Shown in pieces: positions 17,615 to 28,000 of a DNA stretch of 64,000 bases. Origin of the DNA: Pirellulales bacterium. GTDB taxonomy: Bacteria > Planctomycetota > Planctomycetia > Pirellulales > JAICIG01. Below the pieces are notes generated by a model, which was not told the DNA's origin, made no database searches, and saw nothing but the letters and a program-made list of their open reading frames with translations. The stretch lies in the NCBI GenBank assembly GCA_040901675.1, contig JBBDYJ010000041.1, positions 81,651 to 145,650 on the forward strand, read 5' to 3'. Each line of letters begins with the position of its first letter. Position 1 is the stretch's first letter. A program made the translations under genes and the position numbers.

Positions 17615-19366
17615 CTATTCCTCCGCGGGAAGCTCTCGCAGCGGATCGAGCGTGTGGTCGTCTGCGTCTTCGTCGGCGGGGTCGGCATCTTCGTCGCCGG
17701 CGGCCTTGGGCTTTTTGCGGACGATGTCCTCGCGGCTGAGGTGAATCTTCACGTAGGTGTCATTGGAGATGATGTAGTACCAGTCGGCGAAGCGATCGTT
17801 GAGCTCCTTGACGCGCTCCTGGCCCTTCTTGACCTGGCTCTCGTAGTCGTCCTGCTTCCGCTTGTTCTCCTTCTCGATCCGCTCGCGCTGCGCCTTCGTG
17901 GCCGGCTTGGCCGGCTGTTTCGACTCGGCCGCCGGCTGCTGATCCTCCGCCTGGCCCGCCTGGGCGGCATTGCCAGGTTCGGCCGGTTGGCTGGCGGGGG
18001 CGGCCTCGTCGGATGAGCTTCCATCCCCATCGGCCTGCTGATTGCCGGATGCCGCCGCGCCATCGCCGCCACCGCGATTCAACTCGCCGTCGTCGGCGCC
18101 AGCGGGGCCGGTGCCCTGATCGGCGTCGGCGGGAGCCGCAGCCTCGCCGGGCAGCGGCTCCAACTCGGGCTTGGCGATCAGATCCTGATTGAACTGGGCG
18201 GTCACCAGGATAAAGCGGTTGGTGCCGGCGTCCTCGGGTTCCTCGGGATGCTCTTCGTGCTCATGGCCCTCGTGGGGCGCGTGGGGCTCGCTTTGCTCTT
18301 CACCCCTTCCCGCGATGCCGCCGAAGCGGAGCACGTATTCGACGCCGTCCTTCATGCCGCAACGGACCTCGCCGTCATTGGAGAACAGCTCGAACCGGTC
18401 GTTGGAAAGCTTGGCCACCCAAAACCCGCGCTGCCGCAAGGCATTCTGCCACTCCGGCTTGTCGAGCACGTCCTTGCCGGCTTTGAGATCGCCCCCCAGC
18501 CCCGCCGGCTTGTGCCGCACGTCGACAATTTTCAAATCGTCCAGGGCATTCTTCATTTCATTGAGCTTCTGCTCGTCGAGCTCCTCGTCCTCGGACAGCG
18601 GGACCTCGCGGAACTGTCCCTTTTCGAAGAGCTGCATTTGACGGGGCTGCCACTTCGAATCCTCCCAGGCCACAACCATCTTGCTCTTGGGGATCAGCGC
18701 CTGGTTCAACCCGTCCACCGAGTGGTCGTCGATCGTCACCTGCTTGACGTCGAACGCGTTCAGCTTGAGCAGGTCCTTCTCGATCCATTCATCAAAACGA
18801 GTCGTCAGCTTGTCGGTGCGCATGGAAACCGTGTACACCGGATTCTGATTGGGCTTTCGCGCGTAGCGCAGATCCGGTTGCCCCTTCACCTCCTTGCCAA
18901 TGATCAACTGGGCCAGGCTCTTGCCCGACTTGTCTTCCAACACTATGCGCTTGCCCACCCCCTCCGCGCCGGCCGAAAGCTTCTTCACGTCAGGCTCCAC
19001 CACGCCATACGTCTCGTGCATCGAGGCATCCTCGCTCACCACCGCGACCACCTTGAGGTCCACCAGGCTGCCGGCCGCCTCGGCAAGCTGCTGGGCAGCG
19101 TCGGCCGGATAATCCTCGTGCGACGGAATGGTCCAGAGGCCCTTTTTCTGGGCCACCTCGAATGAACGGATCTCGGCCGTGTCTTCGTCGTATTCGACGA
19201 TTTCCATCGACCTGGCCGTCGTGGGATCCTTGAACTCCGGGAACAACGCGGTCCCTTCGATGCCCTTGAGATAGTCGACCGGTGTCGAGGGGCGGCTCAT
19301 CCAGGCCCCCAGCAGCACGGCCAGGGCCGCGCCTGCGTACGTCAGCGTCTTGGTGTTCTCTTTCAT
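17615..19366 (-). CDS. DUF4340 domain membrane-anchored protein
   Basis: N-terminal TM segment, W.IPSH..YPAD motif, location downstream of the Gld-type ABC genes. Confidence 0.75.
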   Translation of the reverse strand: MKENTKTLTYAGAALAVLLGAWMSRPSTPVDYLKGIEGTALFPEFKDPTTARSMEIVEYDEDTAEIRSFEVAQKKGLWTIPSHEDYPADAAQQLAEAAGSLVDLKVVAVVSEDASMHETYGVVEPDVKKLSAGAEGVGKRIVLEDKSGKSLAQLIIGKEVKGQPDLRYARKPNQNPVYTVSMRTDKLTTRFDEWIEKDLLKLNAFDVKQVTIDDHSVDGLNQALIPKSKMVVAWEDSKWQPRQMQLFEKGQFREVPLSEDEELDEQKLNEMKNALDDLKIVDVRHKPAGLGGDLKAGKDVLDKPEWQNALRQRGFWVAKLSNDRFELFSNDGEVRCGMKDGVEYVLRFGGIAGRGEEQSEPHAPHEGHEHEEHPEEPEDAGTNRFILVTAQFNQDLIAKPELEPLPGEAAAPADADQGTGPAGADDGELNRGGGDGAAASGNQQADGDGSSSDEAAPASQPAEPGNAAQAGQAEDQQPAAESKQPAKPATKAQRERIEKENKRKQDDYESQVKKGQERVKELNDRFADWYYIISNDTYVKIHLSREDIVRKKPKAAGDEDADPADEDADDHTLDPLRELPAEE

Positions 19367-19415
19367 GATCCGTCGGCGGGTGAAGTCTCGGTTTGTCTGG
19401 GTGAAATTACGGCGT

Positions 19416-22283
19416 TCATCTCAGCCGGGCACGCGACACGCCCTCGCGCTCGCGGGCCCTGCGGTTGAAAAACACGGCCAATCCAACCAACAGCGGCGGG
19501 ATCGGAGGCAGAACGACGGCCCACATCTTGTAGCCGTCCTGCACGCGATTGACCTCCAGAGCCAGCTCGCGCTCGATCCGGCTCACGTCCCTGTCTCGGC
19601 GCTTCTCCAGCCGGTCGACCTCGGCCTGCAGCCGCCGCTGGCCGTTCTGCTGCGCCATGGCGACCCGCTGCAACCTGGTGATTTCATCCACGTTCTTGAG
19701 GTTTTGCAGCCGACTGATCTCGTCCTGAAGCTTCTGCTCTTCCTTCTGCCTGGCCTCGTCGAAGTCTTTCCTGAACATCTCCGTCTTCTCATGCGCCCGC
19801 TGGCGGGCCTCTTTGGTCCGCTCTTCAATCCGCTCCAGCGTCCGGTGCTGCGGACGCCGCTTGCGGATCTCGACAAATCGCTGATCGCCGGCCAGCACGT
19901 CCAGCGTGTTGAGCACAAACGTGACGTTGTCCAAGTTCAAGCTCAATTCCTGGTCAGGGTCGTCGCCCTGGGCGCGCAGACGGAAGAAATCCGAATAAAG
20001 CACGTCGATGTCGGCCACCAGCACGACGTTCACGTCGCGGTCCGCTGGTTTCTCGCCTGCATCGCCTTCACCGTCCGACGCATCATTCTCCGATGCGTCA
20101 CCCTCCGATGCGTCACTGTCCTGGGCCTCGCCGTCCAATGCATCATCGTCGGCCGCGCCGGTCTCAGGATCGCCGTTCGCTTCATCGTCGCCGGCTGGCG
20201 GCCGCTCCTCGGGCGCCTGCGCCAAGGCGTCGGACATGGGCAGGTTCTCGCTGTCGAGCTTGCCGTGCACGTGGGCCGCCAACACGTAGATTTCGCGGCT
20301 GGGAATGTGCCGCCGGTGCCTGTTCAGCCCGCCGCCGGCCCCGAACATGGAAGGCTCCAGGATTTCATCGAACCTGACCGTGCCGGTCAGGTCGCCCGTC
20401 TGAACCAGCGGTTCGAACTTGAGACTGGAGGCGTTGAGCCGCGAAATCGAGCCGGGAAACAGAAACAACAACGTCTGCAGCTTCGAGCTGATCGGCTGCT
20501 TCTGGCTGAACACCTCGTTCTCGCCGGCGCTCGAATTGACAAACACCCACTCGTCGGTGACGTACCCGCCCAGCTTGGGGTAAGGGTTGAAGCGCTGCCA
20601 GACGATCTTGTCGGCCATGAAGTCCACGCCCAGCATCTCCCACAGCCGGCCGATGTCCCCCTTGGGCATCGGCGGCTGATTGCCCGAGAACATGTTCATC
20701 TGCGGAGGCCGCTTGGGTGCGCTGGTCGGCGTCACGTTGCCCGCCATGGCCGGGAAGGGATCTTCAAAAATGGCCGTCGGGACGCCCTTGCGGACCGCTT
20801 CGATGAAGTGGCTCATCTGCTCCGGGCTCAGAGACGATGGCTGCACCGCCAAGAGCGCGTCCACGTCGGTCGCAATCGGCGCGTCAGAGCTGACCGGCAC
20901 CACCTCGTATTGCTTTTCAAGCTCGTCGATCAACAGCTCGTTGCGCATAGGCGACATGGTCTGCGGATTGAAGCCGCCAAACAGGCCGGCTTCGGTGGCC
21001 AGCACCCCGATTTTCTTCCGCTCCTGCTGGGCCACGGTGCAGATCGACCGCACCAGCTCGTACTCGACCGGGATCCCCCGATCGAAAAAGGGCACGACCA
21101 CCTTGTCCAACCCCGAAGCGAACGCCACGCCCAGGTACAGTTGCTCGCGGCTGATCGCACCGCGGCTGCGCGACAGGATGGCCCGGGCCGTGATCCCGTA
21201 TTGCTGCTCGGCTTGTTCGGCCTCACGACTCAACGGCAGCGTGTCGTGAATGCGCAACACGACCGAATTGCCCCCCAGGGAATCGAACTCGCGCAGCGTC
21301 GACACCAGGTCCAGCCGCGTCTGCACGTACGCCTCCGGCACGTCCGGGCTGATATAGGCGTCGATCCGCACGGGCCGCTTCGCGTCCAGCTCGCGGATCA
21401 GCTTGCGCGTCTGAGGCGACAGCGAGCTCAGCCGCTCGCTCGTCACGTCGGCCCGCAGGTCGTACTGGTCGAACACGTAAATCAAGCCGCCGGCGATCAA
21501 TACCAGGGCCAGCGTCCGCGCCAGGTAATGCCCTCCCAGCGAGGTCCCGTCGCGCCCCCCTTGCCAGTGGCGGCGGCCGATCAAAACCATGCTCAAATAC
21601 AGCATCACCGCCACGATCAAGAGGAAGTACGCCACGCTCGACAGGCTCACAACGCCGCGGCCGAAGTCGCGGAACTGCTCTTCCAGGCTCCAACGCTTGA
21701 CCGCCAACGCCATCTCCGCCGGAAAAATCACGTCCGCCTTGGCGGCAAAGGCCAAGGGCGCGTTGAACAAGGCACCCAGCACGAAACCGACCGTCAAGTT
21801 GCCGGTCAAAAACGAAGCCACCATCCCGACGGCCAGCATCGCCACCCCCACCATCCAATACCCGACGTACGTCCCCAGGAACAAGCCCACGTCCGGCCGG
21901 CCCAGGAAATTGAGCACCGCCAGGTTGCAGATCAACGAGAACAACAGCGCCACGGTATAGATGGCCACCGCCGCCAGATACTTGCCCAGCACCACGTCGA
22001 AGTCGCCGGCCGGTATCGTCAGCAGCAGCTCATCCGTGCCTTGCCGCCGCTCTTCCGCCCAGATGCTCATCGTGATGGCCGGGATGAACACCAGCAGGAT
22101 GTACGGCAGGTAGCGGTTGAGCTGGTCCAGGTTGGCCAGGTTCGCGTTGAAGAACTCGTGCGGCCAGAAAGCGGCAAACGAGTTGAGCAACACGAACACG
22201 CAGATGAACACGTACCCCGTGGGGTTGCTGAAGTAGCTATAGAAGTTGCGCCGGAAAATCGCGCTGATGACGTTGAATTTCAT
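19416..22283 (-). CDS. ABC transporter permease fused to GldG-like domain (GldF-GldG type)
   Basis: YFSNPTGYVFI, PAITMSIWAEERRQGTDELLLT, DVTSERLSSLSPQT, VEYELVRSI; start MKFNVISA. Confidence 0.85.
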   Translation of the reverse strand: MKFNVISAIFRRNFYSYFSNPTGYVFICVFVLLNSFAAFWPHEFFNANLANLDQLNRYLPYILLVFIPAITMSIWAEERRQGTDELLLTIPAGDFDVVLGKYLAAVAIYTVALLFSLICNLAVLNFLGRPDVGLFLGTYVGYWMVGVAMLAVGMVASFLTGNLTVGFVLGALFNAPLAFAAKADVIFPAEMALAVKRWSLEEQFRDFGRGVVSLSSVAYFLLIVAVMLYLSMVLIGRRHWQGGRDGTSLGGHYLARTLALVLIAGGLIYVFDQYDLRADVTSERLSSLSPQTRKLIRELDAKRPVRIDAYISPDVPEAYVQTRLDLVSTLREFDSLGGNSVVLRIHDTLPLSREAEQAEQQYGITARAILSRSRGAISREQLYLGVAFASGLDKVVVPFFDRGIPVEYELVRSICTVAQQERKKIGVLATEAGLFGGFNPQTMSPMRNELLIDELEKQYEVVPVSSDAPIATDVDALLAVQPSSLSPEQMSHFIEAVRKGVPTAIFEDPFPAMAGNVTPTSAPKRPPQMNMFSGNQPPMPKGDIGRLWEMLGVDFMADKIVWQRFNPYPKLGGYVTDEWVFVNSSAGENEVFSQKQPISSKLQTLLFLFPGSISRLNASSLKFEPLVQTGDLTGTVRFDEILEPSMFGAGGGLNRHRRHIPSREIYVLAAHVHGKLDSENLPMSDALAQAPEERPPAGDDEANGDPETGAADDDALDGEAQDSDASEGDASENDASDGEGDAGEKPADRDVNVVLVADIDVLYSDFFRLRAQGDDPDQELSLNLDNVTFVLNTLDVLAGDQRFVEIRKRRPQHRTLERIEERTKEARQRAHEKTEMFRKDFDEARQKEEQKLQDEISRLQNLKNVDEITRLQRVAMAQQNGQRRLQAEVDRLEKRRDRDVSRIERELALEVNRVQDGYKMWAVVLPPIPPLLVGLAVFFNRRAREREGVSRARLR

Positions 22284-22338
22284 TTCGGGTACCAGGCTGC
22301 CAATGGATTTCAAGCCCCAAGCCAGACGCTGCACTCGG

Positions 22339-23076
22339 TCAGGCGGCCTCGCTGGTCAACTCGTGGAAGTGGACTTCAAGCGGCTTTCCGTCCTTGGTCA
22401 GGTCGGACGCGCTGCCATCGTATTTCAAGCGGCCTTCGTTGATAAAGAGCAACCGGTTCGCCATGGCTTCCACCTCCTGCAGAATATGGGTCGAGAGCAG
22501 GATCGTCTTGTTCTGGCCGAGGCGGCGGATCGTGTCGCGGACCTCGCGAATCTGGTTCGGATCCAGTCCGGCGGTCGGCTCGTCGAGGATCAACACGTCC
22601 GGTTCGTGCAGCAGCACCTGGGCCATGCCGACGCGCTGCCGGTAGCCCCGCGACAACTTGCCGATGGCCTTGCCGATCACGCTTCCCAGGGCACACTGCT
22701 CGACCACCGCCGCGATCCGCTCCTGCCGGTACGAGCCGTTCATCCCGCGGGCATCGGCAAAAAACTCCAACAGCGCTCGCGGCGTCATGTCGGGATACAG
22801 GGGGCCGTTTTCCGGCAGATACCCCAGCCGGGCCGCCGCCGCCAGCCGATCGGTCGACATATCGTGCCCCGCGATGCGGGCCACCCCTGCCGTGGGGGAG
22901 AGATAGCCCGTCAAAAGCTTCATCGTCGTGCTCTTGCCGGCTCCGTTGGGGCCCAGAAAGGCCACCACTTCGCCCTGGTGGACCTTGAACGTCACGTCGT
23001 CGATAGCGGCAAAATCGCCATAATACTTCGACAGGCCAATCGCCTCGATCATGGCGGGCCGCGATGCGTCTGTCAT
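22339..23076 (-). CDS. ABC transporter ATP-binding protein (GldA-like)
   Basis: GPNGAGKS Walker A, LSRGYRQRVG signature, LILDEPT Walker B. Confidence 0.92.
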   Translation of the reverse strand: MTDASRPAMIEAIGLSKYYGDFAAIDDVTFKVHQGEVVAFLGPNGAGKSTTMKLLTGYLSPTAGVARIAGHDMSTDRLAAAARLGYLPENGPLYPDMTPRALLEFFADARGMNGSYRQERIAAVVEQCALGSVIGKAIGKLSRGYRQRVGMAQVLLHEPDVLILDEPTAGLDPNQIREVRDTIRRLGQNKTILLSTHILQEVEAMANRLLFINEGRLKYDGSASDLTKDGKPLEVHFHELTSEAA

Positions 23077-23248
23077 CGTCAAGTGGTTCCCAAGCGCCGG
23101 GGGGAGGGAGCAGTCGCTGCCGTCGTGGCGGCAGGCCAAACCCTAAAAAGTAATCATTACCTGATGCCCCTGTCCATACCTACGCGCCCCGCCGGGCCGC
23201 GGTTCGCCCCCACCCTCCAAAATGCCGCTCCCCAGGCTCTCTCGTAAA

Positions 23249-23340
23249 GTAGGACGGCCTTCCCAGCCCGTCTCGCTAGCAGGTAGCCGAATTCGCCAGA
23301 ATTCGGGCCCTGGCGGTAGCCGAATTCGCCAGAATTCGGG
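23249..23340 (+). repeat. Cluster of GTAG-type REP palindromes
   Basis: gtaggacggccttcccagcccgtc (23249-23272) and two copies of ggtagccgaattcgccagaattcggg (23282-23307, 23315-23340). Confidence 0.8.
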
Positions 23341-23391
23341 AGACTCTGCTACGAGAGGCAACGGCTAGGCCAGGTTGCTCATCGTGGCACG

Positions 23392-25053
23392 CTAAACGGC
23401 TGGCTCCCGCCGGCGAAAGGCCAGGTGCCGCCGCCATTGCTGGTTGTCCATTTCCGGAAAATCGACCCGCAGGTGCACGCCCCGGCTCTCCTCGCGGGCC
23501 AAGGCGGCCGCGATCATCAGCCGGGCCACGCAGAGCATGTTCTGCAGTTGCCAGCCGGCCGGATCGGAAAACTGCCGGTTGAGCACATAGCCGCACCAGC
23601 GGTCGATCGTCTCCTGGGCCTCCGACAGTCCGGCCCGCGCGCGGCGCACGCCCGCGCTGCGCCACATCAGGCTTTTGAGCGAGTTGCGGATGTCCGCGAG
23701 ATCCAAAGGCTCCGCGGGCTCGACGGCCGCCGGGTTTTCCAACGGCGGGGCCGAGAACGTGTCGGGCAGCCGGGCGGCCGCCCGGGCGGCTCCCCGGCCG
23801 GCGTATGCCCCAAACACCAGCCCCTCCAGCAGGCTGTTCGAAGCCAGGCGATTGGCGCCGTGCAGCCCGGTCGAGCTGACTTCGCCGGCGGCCCACAACC
23901 CTTCCAGGGTGGTGCGCCCTTCGGCGTCGACCGAGACGCCGCCGATCATGTAATGCGCGCCGGGCCGCACCGGAATCGCGTCGCGGGCTATGTCGAGGCC
24001 GAACTCCGCGCAGACCGCCGCGATGCCGGGGAACCGCCGGCGGACGCGGTCCGCTTCGAGGTGCGCCAGGTCGAGGTAGACGTTGGAGTGCCGGGTCTTT
24101 TCCATCTGGCTCACGATGGCCCGGCTGACGATGTCGCGAGGGGCCAATTCGGCCCGGCTGTCGTAGTCGGGCATGAAGCGATAGCCGGTCCGGTCGACCA
24201 GGTGCGCCCCTTCGCCCCGCATGGCCTCGGTGATCAGGCTGCGGCTGCTGCCGGCGATGTACAGCACCGTGGGGTGGAACTGCATGAACTCCATATCGCG
24301 CAGCTCGGCGCCGGCCCGCCAGGCCAGCGCGTGGCCGTCGCCGGTGGCGACCGGCGGGTTCGTGGTTTCGCGATAGAGCTGGCCGGCGCCGCCCGTGCAG
24401 AGGATCGTCTGCTTGGCCCAGACCAGCGTCTTGCCGTGATGCGCATTATCGACCAAAGCGCCGCGGCAGACGCCGCCGTGCGTGAGCAGATCGAGCGTGA
24501 ACGTATCCGGCCAGATGTCGAGGTTGGGCATCCCCCGCGCGCGATCGATGACCGCTCGCATCACCTCCCTGCCCGTGGCGTCGCCCAGCGCATGGACGAT
24601 GCGGTCGTGGCTGTGCCCCCCCTCGCGCCCCAGGGCAAGCGAGCCCGATTCCTCGTCGAAGCGGGCGCCCCAGGCGATCAGCTCGCGAATCCGCCCCGGC
24701 GCCTCGCGCACCACCAGGTCCACGATTTGCTCGTCGCACAAGTCGCCGCCGGCCCGCAGCGTATCGGCCACGTGATTCTCAAAGCGGTCCTCCGGGTCCA
24801 GCACCCCCGCAATGCCCCCCTGCGCATAGCTCGAGTTCGACTCCGGCAGCGAGTCCTTGGTGATCACCAGCACCCGCAGCGGCGGTTCGATGGCCAATGC
24901 CGCCCGCAGCCCGGCCAGTCCGCCCCCGATCACCAGCACGTCGGTGAAATGGTGGGGGACGCGCTTGGGATGAAACGGCACCAGGTAACGCGGACCCGAC
25001 CAGTCCGGCGGCATCTCGTGCGAAGCAATGGATGACATCCGATCCTGGCTCAC
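23392..25053 (-). CDS. nadB: L-aspartate oxidase
   Basis: GGGLAG FAD motif, SSYAQGGIA, REGGHS, MEFMQFHPT, LITEAMRGEG, LHGANRLASNSLLEG. Confidence 0.93.
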   Translation of the reverse strand: MSQDRMSSIASHEMPPDWSGPRYLVPFHPKRVPHHFTDVLVIGGGLAGLRAALAIEPPLRVLVITKDSLPESNSSYAQGGIAGVLDPEDRFENHVADTLRAGGDLCDEQIVDLVVREAPGRIRELIAWGARFDEESGSLALGREGGHSHDRIVHALGDATGREVMRAVIDRARGMPNLDIWPDTFTLDLLTHGGVCRGALVDNAHHGKTLVWAKQTILCTGGAGQLYRETTNPPVATGDGHALAWRAGAELRDMEFMQFHPTVLYIAGSSRSLITEAMRGEGAHLVDRTGYRFMPDYDSRAELAPRDIVSRAIVSQMEKTRHSNVYLDLAHLEADRVRRRFPGIAAVCAEFGLDIARDAIPVRPGAHYMIGGVSVDAEGRTTLEGLWAAGEVSSTGLHGANRLASNSLLEGLVFGAYAGRGAARAAARLPDTFSAPPLENPAAVEPAEPLDLADIRNSLKSLMWRSAGVRRARAGLSEAQETIDRWCGYVLNRQFSDPAGWQLQNMLCVARLMIAAALAREESRGVHLRVDFPEMDNQQWRRHLAFRRREPAV

Positions 25054-28000
25054 TGGTCGCCGGCCGAACCCGACCGCGCGGTCCCTTTCTGATACTCCCG
25101 AGCCTGCTCGGCGTACTCTGCCGGCGCCGAGCTGCGACGCGACTCGCGCAGCTTGCGGCCCCGATCATCGCGGACGCGGCCCCCTTCCAGCGAAGTGCCC
25201 CGCGGACGCAGACCCAGGCTGCGCAACGTCTCGTCCAGCCGATCGCGGGCGGCCTTGCCTTCGTCGCCCGGCTCGTTGGCCTCGCGCTTGAGCTGTTCCC
25301 AGCGCTCGACGAACTTCTCAATGTCGTCGCGGGTCCACCGCAGCTCGTCGAGCAATTCCTGGTCGGGCTTCTCCTTGGCGAGCTGGTCCTTCAGATGCTC
25401 CAAGGCCAGCTCCGTCGCCTTCCGCGAATACTCCAGGTTCGCTTCGTCCCCCTCGGGCACCGGCGCCTGCGACTTCTCGGGCAAAGGCGGCGTGTCGTCT
25501 CCCGGCATTCCGCCCTGGGTTGGATTGTCCTGCGCAGAGCCGCGGCCTTCGCCCGGCTCGCCCCGCTGGCTGCCCGCTTGGCCCCGCTGATCGTTGGGTT
25601 GGGCCGGCCGGCCACGCTGATCGCCCGGCCGGTCTTGCTGCTTAGCGGCCTGGTCCCCAGGTTTTTGCCCCTCAGCAGGCTTTCGTTGATCGGACCCGTC
25701 CTCGCCAGGCTGCTCGTTATCCCCGTCCTCGCCGGGTTGTCGAGCCGCGTCGTCTTGGCCCTTACCCGCCTTTTCTCCGCCCGGCCGGGTGCGCGATCCC
25801 TCTCCTGCCTGCTGATCGGCCTTGCCGCCGGTTCGCCGCTTCGAGGCGGCCTGGTCGCCTCCCTCGGTGCCCGTCGGTCCGTCCCCCTCCTGGTTGGCTT
25901 CGCCGCCGCCTTGGTCGGCCGCGGTGTTCTGGCCGGCTGAGCCGACACCTGGGCTATTGGATCGCTGGCCGCCCCCCTTCTGGCCGCCGCCCGACTGATC
26001 GCCGGCCTGGCCGCCTTGCGAGTCGGACTGCTTCTTGCTGCCGCTGGGCGACTCGGGCTTTTCGGCGGAGTCGGCGTGGGCGTCCGTGTCCGGGCTGTCC
26101 TGGCTTTTCTCGCGCTGGGCGTTGGCCTCCTGCGGTGAGGGCGAGCCTTTTTCGTTCCCTTCTGAGCTGCCGGCGCCGCCATCGCCCTTGTCCTTCGATT
26201 CGGGATCGCCGCCCATCGGCGTCGACGACTGAGGTTTGCCCTCGGGCTTTTCCCGCTCGTCCGGCTCGCCGGCGCCTTTCGATTGGCCTCCTTCGCCGGG
26301 CTGGGTCTTGCGCTGGCCTTCGGCGTCCTTGGGCGCCTCGTCGCCGGTCCGCGACGGCTGGCCGGCCTTCTCGCCGGCAGCATCACGCTTTTCCTGGCCG
26401 GCGTTGGGTGTGCCCTGCCCGCGCGACTCTTCGCCGCCCTCGCCGGGCTTCATCTTCTCGCCCGTTGCCGGCGGCGTTTTGCCCCCTTTGGCTTGCCGGC
26501 TGCGGTCGCCGGGCTGGTCGTTCTGCTGCGCCGCATCCGAGCCCGGTGCTTGCGGCTGGTCGGACGCGCCGCCCGCTTCTTGGCCCGGACCGGCCTGCTG
26601 ATCGTCGGCGGGTGCTTTTTCCTGGCGAGAGTCATCGCCCATCGGACGCGACCCCTGCTTGCCCCGCTGCTCTTTGCCAGCCTGTTCTTTGCCAGCCTGC
26701 TCTTTGCCAGGCTGCTCTTTGCCAGCCTGCTCTTTGCGAGCCTGTTCTTTGCCTGCCGGCTCTTGACCGGTTTGCTGCTGACCGGTTTGCTCTTGGCCGT
26801 CCTTTTGCTGGCCATCCCGCTTTTGATCCGAATCCGTTTTCTGCGCGGCATCGGGCTTGTCGCCGGCCGGCTGCTTGTCGCCCGACTCCTGCTTTTGCTC
26901 GGCCGCATCAGGCTGGCCCGCTTGTTCCGGCTTGTCGCCGGTACTTTGCTGCCGCTGCGGCTCCTCGCCCGCGGGCTGGTTGTCCTGCTGCCCTTGCTGG
27001 CGAAGCAGGTTGTTGATCCGCTCGATGGCCGCTCCCGGATCGCTTTCGGGGTCGACGCGCTCGGACGTCTCCTGCTTCGACGACTCGGCGTCGGACCCGG
27101 CTTCGCCGTCGGCGGATTGACTGTCCGCGGCTTGGCCCGATCTCGTCTGGCCACTATCGGCCTGCCGCCCGCCCCGGGGCTGTTCGCCGGCGTCTTGCTC
27201 CTGGCTATCCGGTTCGCCCGGTTGCTGGTCGTCCGAATTCCCGTCGCGGGCCTGGTTACCTTGCTTCTGGTTACCTTGCTTCCCGCCCGACTTCGCCTCT
27301 CCTGGCTCCTGTTGCTCCCCTTCGTCCGGCTGACCTTCGTCCTGGCTGTCGTTCTGGTCGTCGTTCCGTTGCCCGCGGTCCTGCTGTTTCTCATTCGGCC
27401 GCTGGTCGCCATCCTGCGGCCGCTGATCGCGGCGGTCCTGGCTCTCGTCGCGCTGCTGATTCTTATCCTCTGCCTTGGCCAACTGGTCTTGTGGTTGCTG
27501 GCCATCGGGCGACGTGATCCGCAACGTGAACCGGGGCGTTTCCGTCCGGTTTGCCTGCGGCTGCTTGTTATCCAAGGCGGCCGCCCAGAACTGCACCACG
27601 TCGCCCGCCTTGAGCCCGTGGCGGCCGGGATTCAGCACGAAGTTGCGGCGGAACTGGCCGGCCCGCGGCTCGCTGAGCAGCCCCTCGTCCAAGACCAACT
27701 TGTCGGCCAGCTTGGAATTGGGCCGGCGAGCTTGCAGCCGCACGTCGGCCAGCTTGAAGTCCGGGTCCGAGGCCACAAGCGTCAACGGCAGCGCTTGCCC
27801 CGCCGGCAGATCGACCGGTTCCTTGGGGTCGAGCTGCGGTTCGGCCAGCGCAATCTCGGGGGCCGCGTCGCGGATGCAGTCGATCGAATGCCGCACCGGC
27901 TGCGAGTTCTCATGCCCGTCGAAGTTCCTGAAGCGAAGTTGGTAGCTGTCGTGGACAGGTTGATCCGTGTTGGGCGCTAGCGCCAGCGTGAACGAAACGC